A stretch of 48,850 nt of DNA, counting the filler, from Dirinaria sp. TL-2023a (Eukaryota): NCBI GenBank assembly GCA_051941275.1. It is 2 parts of 2 records of this genome, joined end to end, with 100 filler letters (N's around TTAATTAATTAA, not from the genome) between each part and the next. Parts side by side here need not be neighbours in the genome. Positions count along the whole stretch, not along the records: positions 24,491 to 48,850 come from JAVEBF010000190.1; 1 more part is not named here. One strand, given 5' to 3'. The translations under genes and the position numbers were made by a program. Below, one piece after another: positions 24,391-38,104 of the stretch; position 1 is the stretch's first letter; every line of letters starts with the position of its first letter. The notes below the pieces were generated by a model, which did not search any database, was not told the DNA's origin, and saw only the letters and a program-made list of their open reading frames with translations.

Positions 24391-24490
24391 NNNNNNNNNN
24401 NNNNNNNNNNNNNNNNNNNNNNNNNNNNNNNNNNTTAATTAATTAANNNNNNNNNNNNNNNNNNNNNNNNNNNNNNNNNNNNNNNNNNNN
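24391..24490. other. Artificial contig-joining linker (N44-TTAATTAATTAA-N44)
   Basis: Exactly 100 bp, symmetric N runs around a palindromic 12-mer (24435-24446) that has stop codons in all six frames. Confidence 0.97.
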
Positions 24491-27400
24491 AAAGAAAAGG
24501 GGGTGGGGGGGGGAAGGATTTTCTACAACAAGCACGCACAAATAACCTGGAGAGTTTGAAGCGTTTGCTCTTCGATGAATCTTTTCATTTTTATTTTTAT
24601 TTTTATTTTTTTTTTTTTTCGACTTTCTGAATTCGAGGATGCCGCTTTTGATCCACCTCATTGGTATGCAAATTTGATATCTGATATATAAGTCTTCCCG
24701 AATGCGATAACTAAATCCAGACGCTCGCCTCAGAATAATTCAAGACTCTAATACATTACCTACTCGGATTCCGATTTTACAACTTCTTTTCTTTTCAAAC
24801 AAAGTGCACATGATCGCATCAATTCGAAAACAAATAGAAGATTATAAAATCTAAAGTATGTACGGGGGTTGAGTAGTCAAGTGGAGAAAAAAGTCTAGTT
24901 AAGGCATTGAATGAAATGAGTGGAGAAATGGGGGTTTTTGTATATGAGTGGGGGTTCGGATAGAACGCGAGAGGGTAGGGTAGGAGCTGTATGCGAGGTC
25001 TTGTTCTTTTTTTTTTTTTTTTTTTAAATAATGCGATTTACTCGTGTGTGCTACATAGAAATCGTGCTTTGAATGTTGTCGCTACTCTTAGATGCATTTC
25101 GCAGCCTGCTCATTAGAGGGGTCTTGGAGAGGAATTTATTGGGAGCAATAGAGCAAGGAGAGAGTGTCGGTGGAGTAAAAGCGGGATCTCTCAATCGTAC
25201 TGTCCTCTGTTGTGTTATGCGAAGAATATGGAAACTCTCCGCCGGGCCAAAGGATCACGATATTAATGAGTACTGCAAAGGGAAAATTTTTTGTTCTCGA
25301 GATGATGAAGAGAAGCTGCGAATACGTGATGTGGATATGAAAGGGATCTTCTGCATTGATATATACCGGTCATTGAAATTCATAGAGTTTACTTTTGCCT
25401 TGAATGGATCGAATCGCTGGCGTTCCCTCTATATAGAATATGTACAGTGGATGATAGTCACCTTGCCAAACATATTTCTTCCCGGATCCGATCGAAACTC
25501 ATATCTTTATCAGATCAGCCAAGAACGATTTTCGAAGCCCGATTGAAAGATTGATGCATATAATTATAGAACAAGAACAGACAAAAGTTAAAATTGTGTC
25601 GAGAACAATCCTGATCCAAAACGGTAGACATTGTCAGGTTTCAGGAGAGAAGGTAAGACGATCCGGACGAAGATGAAAGAGATGATGACGAAAAGCGATC
25701 AGAGATGTTCGAACCTGCAGAAGGCGAAAAAAGCTGACGAAGCAACGAATATGGCAGGAGTAAGCATTGATTCAAGGATTGTGCGGGGAAGGTCGGAAAA
25801 GAGGAGGGAGGAGGGTGTGAAGAAGAACATTTTTTTGGATCTTTGCTTTCGGACAAGCGTGGATTCTCTAAGGTCCACAGCAGTAAGCGCTTTTGCTGTA
25901 CTCGCACGTTCAATGAGAGACTTGGTCTAAGTACTTTTCTCTCTTCTCTCCATGCGAGGTGTTAGCTCGATGTGAAGTGAATGCGCGTTGGGATTCTTCT
26001 TTTAGATAACTTGAGGTGTTGGCTGATTTAGACTGCTTTTCTCGTTATGATTAGTTGCATACTTTTTCGCTGGGATTTCTGTCAGGTTATTTTATATTAA
26101 GCGACTTTTAAAATCCGGTGTTGTGACTATCATCGTAGTGAAGGTTCATAGTGCTCGAATATGCTTGCGGAATCTAGCGGACTTTCAATGCTTTCCTGAC
26201 AGGTCGCTCTTGAGACTGGGGAAATAGTATTAGCACACGACAGCCCTGACAAAGAGATATAAGACTTTACCATGCAACCGCTTCAGCCTCATGCTGATGC
26301 TTGCTCCTCGGAGTTCTTCGTGCTCATTGGCAGAACCGAGGTTCTTTCGTTGTCTTTGCTGAGAGGGTTATACATGTCTAGAAGGAAAATTTAAAGAGGA
26401 CGTGAGATTTTATTCGCAATTTTTTCCTGAATTTGTCTTTTATAAATGTCACGCCCTTTCTCCTCTAATTTTTCTTTCCAAAATTTCTCCTCACTTTCAT
26501 CCTCCCTCTCTTCCTGATGTCCCTGCATTCTTTCCAATTTCTCGACATAAAATCTACTCTTTTCACCGTTTCGTCACAAAAAAGAAAAACCTCAAGGTAA
26601 TGCGTAGAAACGAAAGAGAGAACGAGAAAACAGCCGACAATCTAAATATCAAAGGTCGAAAGCGATCTGCTGCAAAAAATCAGAGGAAACGACAATGTTC
26701 ACGCTGTGCAATAAAAGCTCTGTTCAATGCAGTTTTCAAAGAACTGGTGATGCTGGATTCTCAAGTTTGGATCAATCATCCGTGGATCAGTCGAGCATTT
26801 AAAAGTTGATCAAGACAATATTTTTGAGTTATTGAGCGGTTCTGATATCACAATTACAAAGGTTATAAATTTGTTGGCGAAGAGTGTGTATCTGCGGGTT
26901 TTGTTGATGTATACGAGAGAAGAGCTGTTGTGCGTGGTGCAAGGTAACGGCGATAGCAATGGATATTCATGAATTCCAAGCCATTAATGATTAAGCCCAG
27001 AACAAGAGATATTGATATGGCGCATCTTGAGAAATTTATGAGCAAATTTGGCAAGACCAGCCGACTAACATATTATATGATGGTAATTTTTTGCAAGTCC
27101 TTGAGAGTCCATTGAAGGTACGGAAGGTACAACGTTCCGCCACATTTTCTGGTCGACGATCGTCGATCGATTGAATCAAGGATTGTAAATTTCTTCTCTT
27201 GATCCTGGGTTCTTCAAGCTTATTTCTCTTTAGTCAAATTGCGAAGAGTTGTGCTGATATCTTGGTTTCGCTAGACCGAGTAGACAAGAATAACTCTACT
27301 TGAACTGAGATGCTGTCGATGAACCCAAAATTTACGCTCTATAACGAGTTGAATGAATAGTCTAAGAGATTGCCGAATCTGATATCGTTTAGGGCTTCTA

Positions 27401-30400
27401 AGAAATTCAGACCTTACGTTAAAAGAAATGATTTCATGCACAACGCAGTTTCGGATCGTCGCATGCGCGATGATTGCGAGGCAGCTTCGAAAACCATCGA
27501 CAGCGATCTCGCCAGCCTTGCTCTCTCTTGCTCTTTAAGGGAAAATTTCCCGATATTTTGCTCAAATTTTCAATAATTGCAGATTGTTTCATTTTGATCT
27601 TATTAGCATTGCGATCGCTTAAGGCTGTTATTCCACAAATCATGATCATCTGGTCGTAACTTGCCAAACGCGAAGATGTGTCTCCCTCGCCAGGAAACAC
27701 ATAACGGAGACACATAAGGCCTTCAAGCAAGACAAAACCATGATTTTTTCGACAAGGTCAGTGAGCGCACATCGACAAATTGCAAAGGGGATATACGCTC
27801 TTTGCGAAAGGATCCGCAAAAGAAGCAGGTAGAATATATCACCGTAAAAAATCCTTGCAGCTATGGAAAAGATACATGATCGATGACATAATCGCGCCGG
27901 AAAGATCGAATAGACCGCAGGAACAGACGAGAGGATATTAGCTCAGCATGGTGATAAAAGTCACTAAGGATAAGTAAACTATAGAGGGCAGTGAAGGTGA
28001 TGTGTTTGAATTGCGTTCGTCATCAGAAATCTCAGCCCAATTTAGAAACTTCATATCTCTCACTTTACCCAGAGCAACGTCGGTCCTTACCATGACTATT
28101 ACACTTACATAGTCATTAATCCTGTCAGGGGCTCGGCAGTAATGGCTTGCGTGTACACTAGCCTCCAGAGCGAGCATTATGTAGAAAGCATGCCCGTAAT
28201 AGGCTGCAACTCGATTTACGAAAACCCGATATCAATGAATAGCGGCGATCGAGCTGAAAGTGCTTTCGAGGTCTCAGGGCCAGTGTTTCCACCAAAATAA
28301 GCGTATAATGATATGAGCCCTTTCAACACTTGGGACAAGTCAGACTGGCCTATGTATATGTAATTCGACAACGAGTCAAGCGGAAATCGCATCATCACCG
28401 CATCGGGGAAGTTTTTTGGTAATGCTGCCTCTGGGGACCAACGACTGGGATTGAGTCCCTGGAGTGTGTTGATGGGGTGGCAGAATGCTTTCAAAATGCG
28501 AGATTGAAGCAATAAAGGAAGCCGAGATGTGCAACGAGTACTCCATGAATTCAGTCTCCTTACAGGTGCACAGGAAACACTGCCAATGATCTCGGGAAAC
28601 TCTACGCATTCTCTTGCCACGCTGTAGCATACCTAGCTAGCCATCATAATGAGCTGCAGATGATTAATCTGACGTATTATACGCGCGCACTAGGTAGTAT
28701 GATGACTACCTTACTTATCATCGGCCTGACATACTAAACCGATATGCAGACGCAAGGTATTATGCATCGGCATCGGCACTGGCATTGAGACACTTTGCCT
28801 TACTCAGGCTAGACCCTGTAATAATACCATCAGTCCTTTACTAACCATTCATCTTGGGTTGCCGTGGTAGAATCTAATTAGTTGCTCACTATCCCGTCCT
28901 AGCGATGCTAACGAATAGTCAGACTAGCGACTATCACAAATCGTAGTATCGTCGAGTCAGCGCTACGTAAGCGGTCTTGAATCAATGAGGCCGCGCAAGC
29001 ACGTCGCAAGCAGATTTCTCGGTCTTCATGTCTCAACATAAGAAAGAGCTTTGAATCTTTCGAGGACCACTTATTGAAGAGATCGTAAGTAGGAAAGATG
29101 GAACTGGTGAATGGTTTGAATTATGAAGAGATTGCAGAGCAATTTACTTGAAAAAAGTCTCACTGCGGAGATTGGGTACTGAAAAACCAGTCAATAGGTT
29201 ACAAGATTATCCGATCGAAAACAAGTAACGATCGGGAAAAGAAGACCACGAAAATCCAGCCTCAAAATACGATAACTACGCTTACATTGAATTTGACTAA
29301 ATGAGGTAGTCTGCCTGCTTCATATGTCTATGATCGATCATTTACCAGTCAGCCAAGCGGATCTAGATGCCTTACCTTGGGGAGACTAAAATCTGCACAC
29401 AACTTTCGAGTTCAACTTGGGGCACTGAAAGAGCACGAGAGCTACTAGGAGTTGTACACTGGTGTATTGATTTTTCTTCTGCATGATTCGATCCCCTAGC
29501 TTTTTCAAAGCCAATAGCCGGTGATGCATATGTTCCGTGCGTTGGATGATCGTAATAACGTTGCATATTCAGTTGATATGAGGACCGTTGCAAGCCTACA
29601 TTTTGTGCTTCAATCGTTAGGTTCGATCAGCTAATCCCGAGGCTTATGTTGATTGCCTGCTAGATTGTATGTATAGAAGAGTTAAGACGATGGGTGTCAG
29701 TAAAATAAGAAGGATTCTCCTGGCAAGGTAGTGAGGCCTCTTCGTCGCTCAGGCATAGAGTCAGTAGAGCGAGCCCCTAGTCTCCAAGAATCGCTGTCCC
29801 TTTGGCAGGAAGATCTGGCGTAGCAGCAGGCACGATTACCTAGCGAAGCTGAGAAGAAGACTCAAGAATACCGAAGTTTCCAAGGTTTAAACTCTGCTCC
29901 GCTTCAAACTGCTGGCCCTTTTCGAGCGTTCTCTGTTCAGATCTACCTCTTAATCTTATAGTCGGCGATTTCCGCACATGAGTAGGCTAGAACTTTGATG
30001 AAAGATAATTAGCGGTGTTGCATGACTCGAATATTGTCAATCCTTGTGCAGTTTCCAGAGGTAGAATCCACTACTAGTGCAGCTGGTCTATACGATCCCA
30101 CAGTGCAAGCATCGTACGCTGATGAATTAAACTCAAAATCAGGTATGTTGGTCATAGACGTGAGCAGCGGCGAAGGGATTTGACAGCCTCCAGTGAACAT
30201 AGATGGATCCTTTTGCGAAGTTGTCAAGTGAAGTAGATGGCTGAGTCAAGAATCCTAATCCTTTATTTGGCTTTCCCCCCTGCATACTTTAGTGCCTCGT
30301 ACGAGTACCTGCGTCAAATCTATCATGGTAGCTACCCGTAGCACACCTCAAGGAAATAATGGCACTACTGGCCTTGCAATCATCGGTCGGGACCCAAGTT

Positions 30401-31564
30401 TCTGGACGGGGTACCAAGCCATAGCTCCATTATCGATCCTGAATCCGGTTGTCGCAAGCGAATACTTTACGCAGTTTGCAACGGCTCAGGTGACCATGAA
30501 ACAGGTAGATTATTCAAGTCATCACCAACCTATTACTCGATGCGGATCTTGTAAGCGAAGTGGCATGCATACACACCAAACGTAAAACAGCACAAATGAG
30601 AAAAATTTCCGAAACGGTTAGTGCAAGGCCAGACCACCCTAGAATAGTAAAATATTGGCGTCATCGGGGTTGTGAAAGTATAAAGGCGAGAAAAGGTGGC
30701 CTACGGAGTCTCCTTGGTTCGGGCGCCTAGCCCCCACCAACCCCGCCAGGTCCCTGCAGTGGAGGTCGTTAGACTCGTTATTATTGCAGGCCCCCGGCTT
30801 CTACACCAACACAACCAGGTAATCGGAACAATAAAGTACATGTATGTACGAGTCAGATGTCTAAAGTGCGTCAACTGTTGGGGGTCCGGGTTGGGTGACA
30901 CATAGATCCAGGGCGCAATGTTGGTGGCTTTGGTTTTCCAGGATTCTTGCACCACTTTCTGCAGGTCAGAATTTAATGCTGCTGGGCTGAGATGGGTGTG
31001 GTGGTGGTGGGAATGGAAGTACTACTGGCCCAATCGTCAGGTACAGATTATGTATCAAGGCAGATCGATTTCCTGTTAGGAGTAAAGGCAACCCGTGCGT
31101 GTTGTTTGGGCCGAAGCATACTGTCTTTGTGGGCCTTGTCATCGACATTTGCCGTCCCTGAGTCGAAGGTGGTGAACTGCTCGCACCGAGCGTATCCATT
31201 GGCATCGACGGCCGAGGGCTTGCTTGATCTGCCGCGATTGTAATCTTGTGCCGGAAGTCCGCCACACTGATTGAAGTAGAGCGAGGTGCGAAGTTCATGC
31301 GTCCTTGATACAACTGCTGCGATTCTACAGTAAAGGAAGTGATGTGGTGAAATGTACGCATACATGGAACATGTGTAATTAATTATTTAGAACAGGACCG
31401 TCCTACAAGTACGATCTTTATTGCGAGACCCCCGGTGCCCCAAAATCACAAGTTACATGTATGCTATACTACCCGCTCGTCTGGGTAAAGCTTCGCCGTT
31501 GCTCGATGAAGACGGTTCCCGCACTGTGCTGTACATGCTCTTCTTCGGGGCTTGCAGATAAGGT

Positions 31565-32155
31565 TCAATAACCTTTTTCATTTCGATGACCTCGATCCCC
31601 AGCGAGAGCATGTAATGGAGCCGGCGCAGTTCTACCAGTCCGTATCAGAGGAGTAGCAGTTGGAGAATTTGCCATCGGAACATGGAGTATAGTGCTATTA
31701 GCAGCAGGAACGGTGCCAGAGCCTCCAGCTGCGCTATCTCCCTTACCAGAATCGCCTGATGGCACGCTGCCCTGTTTGAAGACGGCCGCTCCTTGGGGAC
31801 AACCGACACCTTTTGCGGTGTTATTGAAGTTCTGAAGCGTCACAACTAAAGCGTTGTTCTGTGCGGTGATGGAGGCCGCATCACTGCCATCCGGAAAGGA
31901 GACTGGAATGCCGAAAGCATTTCCAGCGTCCACGTACTGGTTCAAGCGATCGATGAACGGTTCGCGATTGGGGGGACAGAAGCAGGGGATGGTGGCTCCG
32001 TTCAGACCTTGACAAGTGCCAGCTTGTGCGGTTGGGATCCCTCGAGTAACACCAAAATCTGGTACCAGGGCTGGATTGACAGCACGGCGAAGAATTGCCC
32101 GCGGTGTTGCAGAGACAATCGCAACAAGCGCTAGGACAGCGTAGGAGGTATACAT
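31565..32155 (-). CDS. Small secreted cysteine-containing protein (196 aa)
   Basis: Signal-peptide-like MYTSYAVLALVAIVSA, dibasic RR site, fungal motif CQG...IPCFCPPNR..FI..L...VTLQN...GVGCP, and a G/S/T-rich tail. Confidence 0.78.
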   Translation of the reverse strand: MYTSYAVLALVAIVSATPRAILRRAVNPALVPDFGVTRGIPTAQAGTCQGLNGATIPCFCPPNREPFIDRLNQYVDAGNAFGIPVSFPDGSDAASITAQNNALVVTLQNFNNTAKGVGCPQGAAVFKQGSVPSGDSGKGDSAAGGSGTVPAANSTILHVPMANSPTATPLIRTGRTAPAPLHALAGDRGHRNEKGY

Positions 32156-35100
32156 TATGTTTGAAAACGGCAGCAAGAGGAAGCTCTATCAATTATCAAG
32201 GACGGACTCGAGAATGCCAGTTCTGGAACGGCTCAGCCGTGAAAGAGTGGTAATAGTAGGATTAATGAAAGGCTGAATGAGTTGAGATCATAAAAACCTT
32301 GAGCAGTCAGGTGCGAGTTTCTTAAAGAGGGATCAAGAACCTTATGTCATTGCTAGATATCATTTCAAATTCGTAGTAGCGAGATAGGTGCCTAAAATCT
32401 ATGTTGGAAAATACAGCATTGAATAATCCCGATCTCATGCACTGACCAGAGCTGATTAGCTTTCAGCACCTATCGCATCTTTAGAGATGCGCTGCATGAT
32501 GCTGCTATGAGGTGGAAAATGTCTGGTGTGAGTCCCATATGGGGACGAGCGGCAAAAACTGACAGTCTGCTGTTCGACACTATCATATCAACGTATCAAT
32601 TGAGGCCTTATCCGTATGCTCGAGCAGCGTAGAAGTAGGAAGTTTCTATGATTGGCAAAAGAAACAGGCAGCTACCGCTGGCAGAATGTGTTCGGTTTAT
32701 GCTGCAACTGTATTGATGTCCTCGTTGGACCTGGTGTTGAGAGAAGATGCGTCAAAAACGCGCAACGCTTTGGACCCATGTGGCGCCTAACCGCATTTGG
32801 AACGCGCGGTTTCGCTTGAGTGACTGCAGCAGCAGTTGATAGGCTTGACAGATTTTCTCGGTTACTTGGGGAAATCGAGGAGAACTGAAGGCCTTGATGA
32901 TGCCACGCTCTCTATAGGGCCATATCAGTTATGGTCTCACACCTAGCAAGGCTCCTCCGGGTGGATGGGTCCTGTCTGGTGATGTGCAGTAAACCCTGAG
33001 AACAGATGCACCCATTTCGCTCGTGCTTCGCTTTATCCCTCGATCTTTTTGATGTAGGGGTGCGGCAATTGTAAAAGAATTGTCACATTACTTTTGGAAT
33101 GGTGTGTGGGAGTCGTTAGGAACTAGAGATCCCTGGTTGCTTTGGTGAGCAAAACTCGCCGAATCAAGGTTTGTGTAGACTTCTTGTAGCCGACAACATT
33201 ACCTTCAGCCTTCGATCGCAAGACATCTCCGACCTCAGATTGGGCCGTGTCCATTGATAGAGCTGATCTTCAGAAGCATGGAAGCCCATTCTCTTGGAAA
33301 AGAAGTTGTCGCGAATCGACGATTGCAAGTGACACCAGTTTAGCGCGTGTGATCAAGAGCGCAGCTAGTAGTGTATTAGATGAAGAACTTCCTGCCCAAG
33401 CTTGACGTGCATCATGGCAGATGTGCCACACCTCATCGTTCGAACGGGACACCTGCGGTATCTAGGAGTCGTACCATGTTATCAATGAGCAGGTTGATCA
33501 CTGGTCCAACCGTGTTTAAGCATGCTTAAGCATGCTTCTATTGAGTGTGGATGGAGCGAGAGGGCGAGAGAAGCGTAGCAGAAGGCTACTGACTCGGGCC
33601 AAGAGGTCCCTAAGGCAAGGCAAGGTGGTCCCACCAAGTAGATTATTATTATTCACATGAGGTGTAGACAACCTCTTTCCGTAGGTAATAATGGTAGCCG
33701 TTAGATTCGGTTCCGTGGCCTTTCCGACCTCCGAGGCTCAGGGTCCCTCGGCAGAACCGGCCCGGCCAACATCAGTACTGAGGCAAATTAAGATGAAGGT
33801 AGAGTCAAGTACCTTTTGGAGGATCCCCCACATGACACACATCGAAGGTGCTTCCATTTGCAGTAATGAGCCATTTGTGCGTCTTACGGCATGCTCTGAG
33901 ATGGGACTCATGGAAGTTCCTTCCTGTAGTATTGCCGTATTGGACTCACGAGTCATCCCTGGTACTTGGATTTTTAGCGCCGTCGGTAGAGTACGGAGAT
34001 ACATTATTAACTAATGTCTTGTGGATTCCTGATGTTACCCCCTCAATGACCGGATACAAGACTTCTATGATGGGCAAGAAAGTACAGCTAGGCCGTGCGA
34101 AGAATCAATAGACACTGCATGGGGCTATCCATACCTAGAGTGCTCCTGCTGTGGCTGCGACAGGACCAAGGAAAATACGAGCTACAGTACACTGCCGAGG
34201 GGACAAAAGCAGCCACGCGACGCCGAATATGGTACGACCTTTGGTACCTGCATATCCAGCTGCACGTCCCCGCGCCAGCTGATGTCGTCTCACTGGCGAT
34301 GCTGCGACCTAACTCGGCGGCTGATGCACACGTGGTCAACATACTTTTCCTGGACCATGCCATGAACGCCTGACGACTGGTGCCTTGATTCCGTTCTTCA
34401 CAATTTTGACATGGAACCATCAGCGCGAGTGCTCGTACGGGCTTGTGAGAATTGTCAAGATGACAGGTACTACGCAATAATTTAGGGAGCCATCCATCCG
34501 GTCCCTAAGGTAATTGTAAGTGGGCCAATCGCGCTCAATGTGAAGTTGGGGCGCATATCAGGTGCTTTTGGGCGTCGAGCTACGTCGATCCTTTCCTAAC
34601 GGATTCTTGTTGCGACTGGATGAGCATCCAAGGCCCCTGCAGCACGGCTGTACAGTGCCTAAACTTGCTGAAACCGCAGAGAAGACGATGGATTAAGCTT
34701 CAGCCCCCTGCTGCGGTTTGCCGCTATTTGGTCCGGATCCTTGGATCCTATGCGATCACCGTTCACTTCCGTACGCACTTCTTTAGGGTTGCTTTACTTC
34801 GGAAAATGCCTAGTGATTTCGCGAGGCCACACGATCTGGACGAGACGGTATACTGCGGGACTCGCATCAGAGATTTCAAAGCAATGTTCGGGGGAAGTTT
34901 TGTGCAATGAGCTCCGGACGGCCGTACGAAAGGACAAGATTAGCACTCGAGTCTCTAATGATCTAATGGATCTGTTCCTTCGGGCCAACGTTACTCCCCG
35001 TCTGCGAGCTGGATTCCAGGCTTACTCAGATCGTCAAAATCCAATGAGTCAATGGGAAAGGGTGGAGCGCCACCTCTCGCTCTCACACGATCTTATGTTG

Positions 35101-36203
35101 GCGGATCTAGGTGCATTTCTCCACGTTGCGGCGCCTTGGATACCAAGCTTCCACCTACTTCTGCAGGCCGAGTGCTACCTTGACAGCATTGACTACCTAT
35201 CTACTCGCAACAGTATGAGACAATAAGCTACAGCTATTACAGAACAACCGTGTGGCTTATCTAATACCACCGCGGGCTACTAGGACAGGGTCTAGACATG
35301 TCGTATTGTTGTCGACTAACATTGGGGTGCTCTGCTTATGGGCTGCTCAACTTGGCAGATTGTACGAGCGGACCCCATGATGCTTAGAAAGTGTTGGTTG
35401 GCGCCTTTTGATCCTCTACGATTAACGATGGTCAGGATGCTATCCTTCTGCTGTCAAGGACTTCCCCCAAAGGAGCGTCAGCACCGTGTCACGTTCTCCG
35501 GAAATGCAATATGTATCATACATCAGTCGACCGCAGTAAGGCTGAGTATACCGCCTTGGCCCGTTTATAACCTACATTCAGACTCTTTGCCGTAAAGTGT
35601 GGGAAATGACCAACACGAATTCAGGAATTTTACACGACAGCCCCCGAGCGGCGGTATAGTTCGAGCTCCTAGGCTTCCCTGTCTATTTCTTACAACAATT
35701 TCTAGTCACGAGCTCCTTTGACCATATTGGTAAGACTTCCTTGCTCCAACGCCTTATCCTCACCCTATTGGTTTGATGGTGTATCTCTCATGTAATACGA
35801 CCGCTGTCATCCACCTCCGGGACGGGATCGATGTAGCTGGATGATCACTTTGCTCATTTCCTTTACGTTAGCTGTGCCCTCGGGGCTGAATAGTCGGTCT
35901 TCGTTCCATATCTGCTCCGGGCCTAGACTTGAATCCCAGATTGGAAAGCCTCAGACATTTCACTATATATGTCTTTCAACACCGCCCTCTTGTTTTCCTT
36001 TCTTCTGTAGCTCTGTCCGCAGTCTGTAGTTAGTACTTTGTTTAACTTCTCGACGCTCTCTTTGGCCAGTATACGGCCCTGTCCGCAGCCTCCAGTTGGT
36101 ACTTTGTACCTTTCGACGTTCTTTTTACGGCTTCACGATCGTTCCAACTCTAGTTCGTTGAATATAGTTACCTTTAATCGGAACCCAACAACTCTAACAA
36201 GCC

Positions 36204-38104
36204 ATGGGTTCTCTGATTAACGCTATTGTTAAGACAGCTACCTTGGTATCATCTCTATCACAAACTGCAACCAACGGTATAAAAGCTCTCCATATACTTT
36301 TTCATCAAGCCCAGCGCTAACATGAAGCTCCACCACGCAGGTCTCTCCGTTTTGGGGACGCTGAATGCTCCTCAGTTGAATTACTTCCTGACAAACAATC
36401 CTTTACCGCAAGGTTTTCCCTGGGGCAATCGGTAAGTATGATTCGAAAAGTCTTGGCTGTCGGCTCAATGGTATAGTACGCTTCTAACAGTAATACTACA
36501 GGACCGCGGCTGCGACAAATCCTTATGAGCAATCCCCGACGACTGGAGTGATCAGATCGTATGACTTCACCCTCACTCGCGGGTTCTTGGCTCCTGATGG
36601 GGTGAACAAGAGTGTTCTCCTTATCAACAACCAATTCCCTGCTCCTACACTGGAAGCCAATTGGGGAGACACTTTCCAGGTCACCGTACACAACAAAATT
36701 ACTGGACCTGAAGAAGGCACTGCTTTGCACTGGCATGGCATTCTTCAGCGTGGTCACCCTTGGTTCGATGGTGTACCTTCGGTTCAGCAGTGCCCAATTG
36801 CTCCTGGAAAGTCTTTCACTTATACGTTCAAAGCCGATCTCTACGGTACATCTTGGTATCACTCCCATTACAGTGCTCAATACGCTGGTGGCCTTCTCGG
36901 ACCCATGATCATTCATGGTCCCACGAACGTTCCCTATGACATCGATGTGGGGCCAGTCCTTCTCACCGATTGGTATCACAACGACTATTTCGACATCGTC
37001 AAAGAGGTTGTTGGGCTACCGCCATCAGCTCCACCTAGGTCTGACAACAATCTCATCAACGGGAAAATGGACTACAACTGCAGTCTCATCACAAACGGAC
37101 AGAAATGCACACCCAATGCCGGTATCTCGAAATTCAAATTCACGGCTGGCAAGACCCACCGGCTACGACTAATCAACGGTGGTGCGGAGGGAATCCAACG
37201 GTTCACTATTGACCAGCACCAAATGACGGTTATTGCCAACGATTTCGTGCCTGTGAAGCCATACACAACCAACATGGTTACTCTTGGAATCGGTCAACGT
37301 ACGGATGTGCTTGTCAAAGCTAACTTGCCCGCCACCTCAGCAGTCTTCATGAGGTCTGACTTGAGCGCTAAATGTGCCACCGCCAACCAACCTCATGCAG
37401 TTGCAGCCATATATTACAACAAGGCCGATACCACCAAGACACCACAATCGACAGCTCAAACATACGATGACAGCGTGTGTGGCAATGATCCGCTTACCGA
37501 GACGACGCCATTTTTCCCATTCCCGGCTACGCCAAATCCAGCGACCGTGGAGACCGTCAACATCGCAGTTGGGCCTAACAAGACCGGCAACGTCGTCTGG
37601 ACCATGAACGGAGAGTCGTTCCGGGGCAATTACGACCATCCAGTCTTCCTGCTTGCCAATCTTGGGAACACCTCTTACCCTGACGACCCGCAGTGGAACG
37701 TATACAATTTCGGCACAAACAATAGCGTCCGGATCATCTTGAACAACAAGTCCGGCGCTGCACATCCCATGCATCTTCATGGACACAATTTCAACGTCTT
37801 GGCGGAAGGCACTGGGACCTGGGATGGCAAGGTTGTCCATATCCAAAACACCCAACGTCGCGATGTCCAGCTCCTGCAGCCCAACGGCTACCTTGTCATC
37901 CAGTACAACACTGACAACCCAGGTGTCTGGCCCCTCCACTGCCACATCGCTTGGCACGTCAGTGCTGGCCTCTACATCAACACCATGGAGCAGACGCCGT
38001 CGATCAAGAAATACCAGATCCCCTCGACCGTGGCCCAGACTTGCCGCGATTGGGCCGATTACAGCGGACACAACGTGGTCGAGGAGATCGACTCCGGCCT
38101 GTAG
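36204..38104 (+). CDS. Laccase / multicopper oxidase (AA1, asco-laccase type), 3 exons (36204-36276, 36341-36431, 36502-38104)
   Basis: All four copper motifs are present (HWHG, WYHSH, HPMHLHGH, HCHIAWHVSAGL) plus C-terminal DSGL. Two GT-AG introns splice in frame. Confidence 0.95.

Noticed and set aside
28000..31400. Scattered short ORFs resembling gene fragments
   Set aside because: No coherent gene model or recognisable domain could be built by eye.
33200..35600. Overlapping ORFs upstream of the laccase
   Set aside because: No motifs and stops in all plausible frames; treated as intergenic or decayed sequence.
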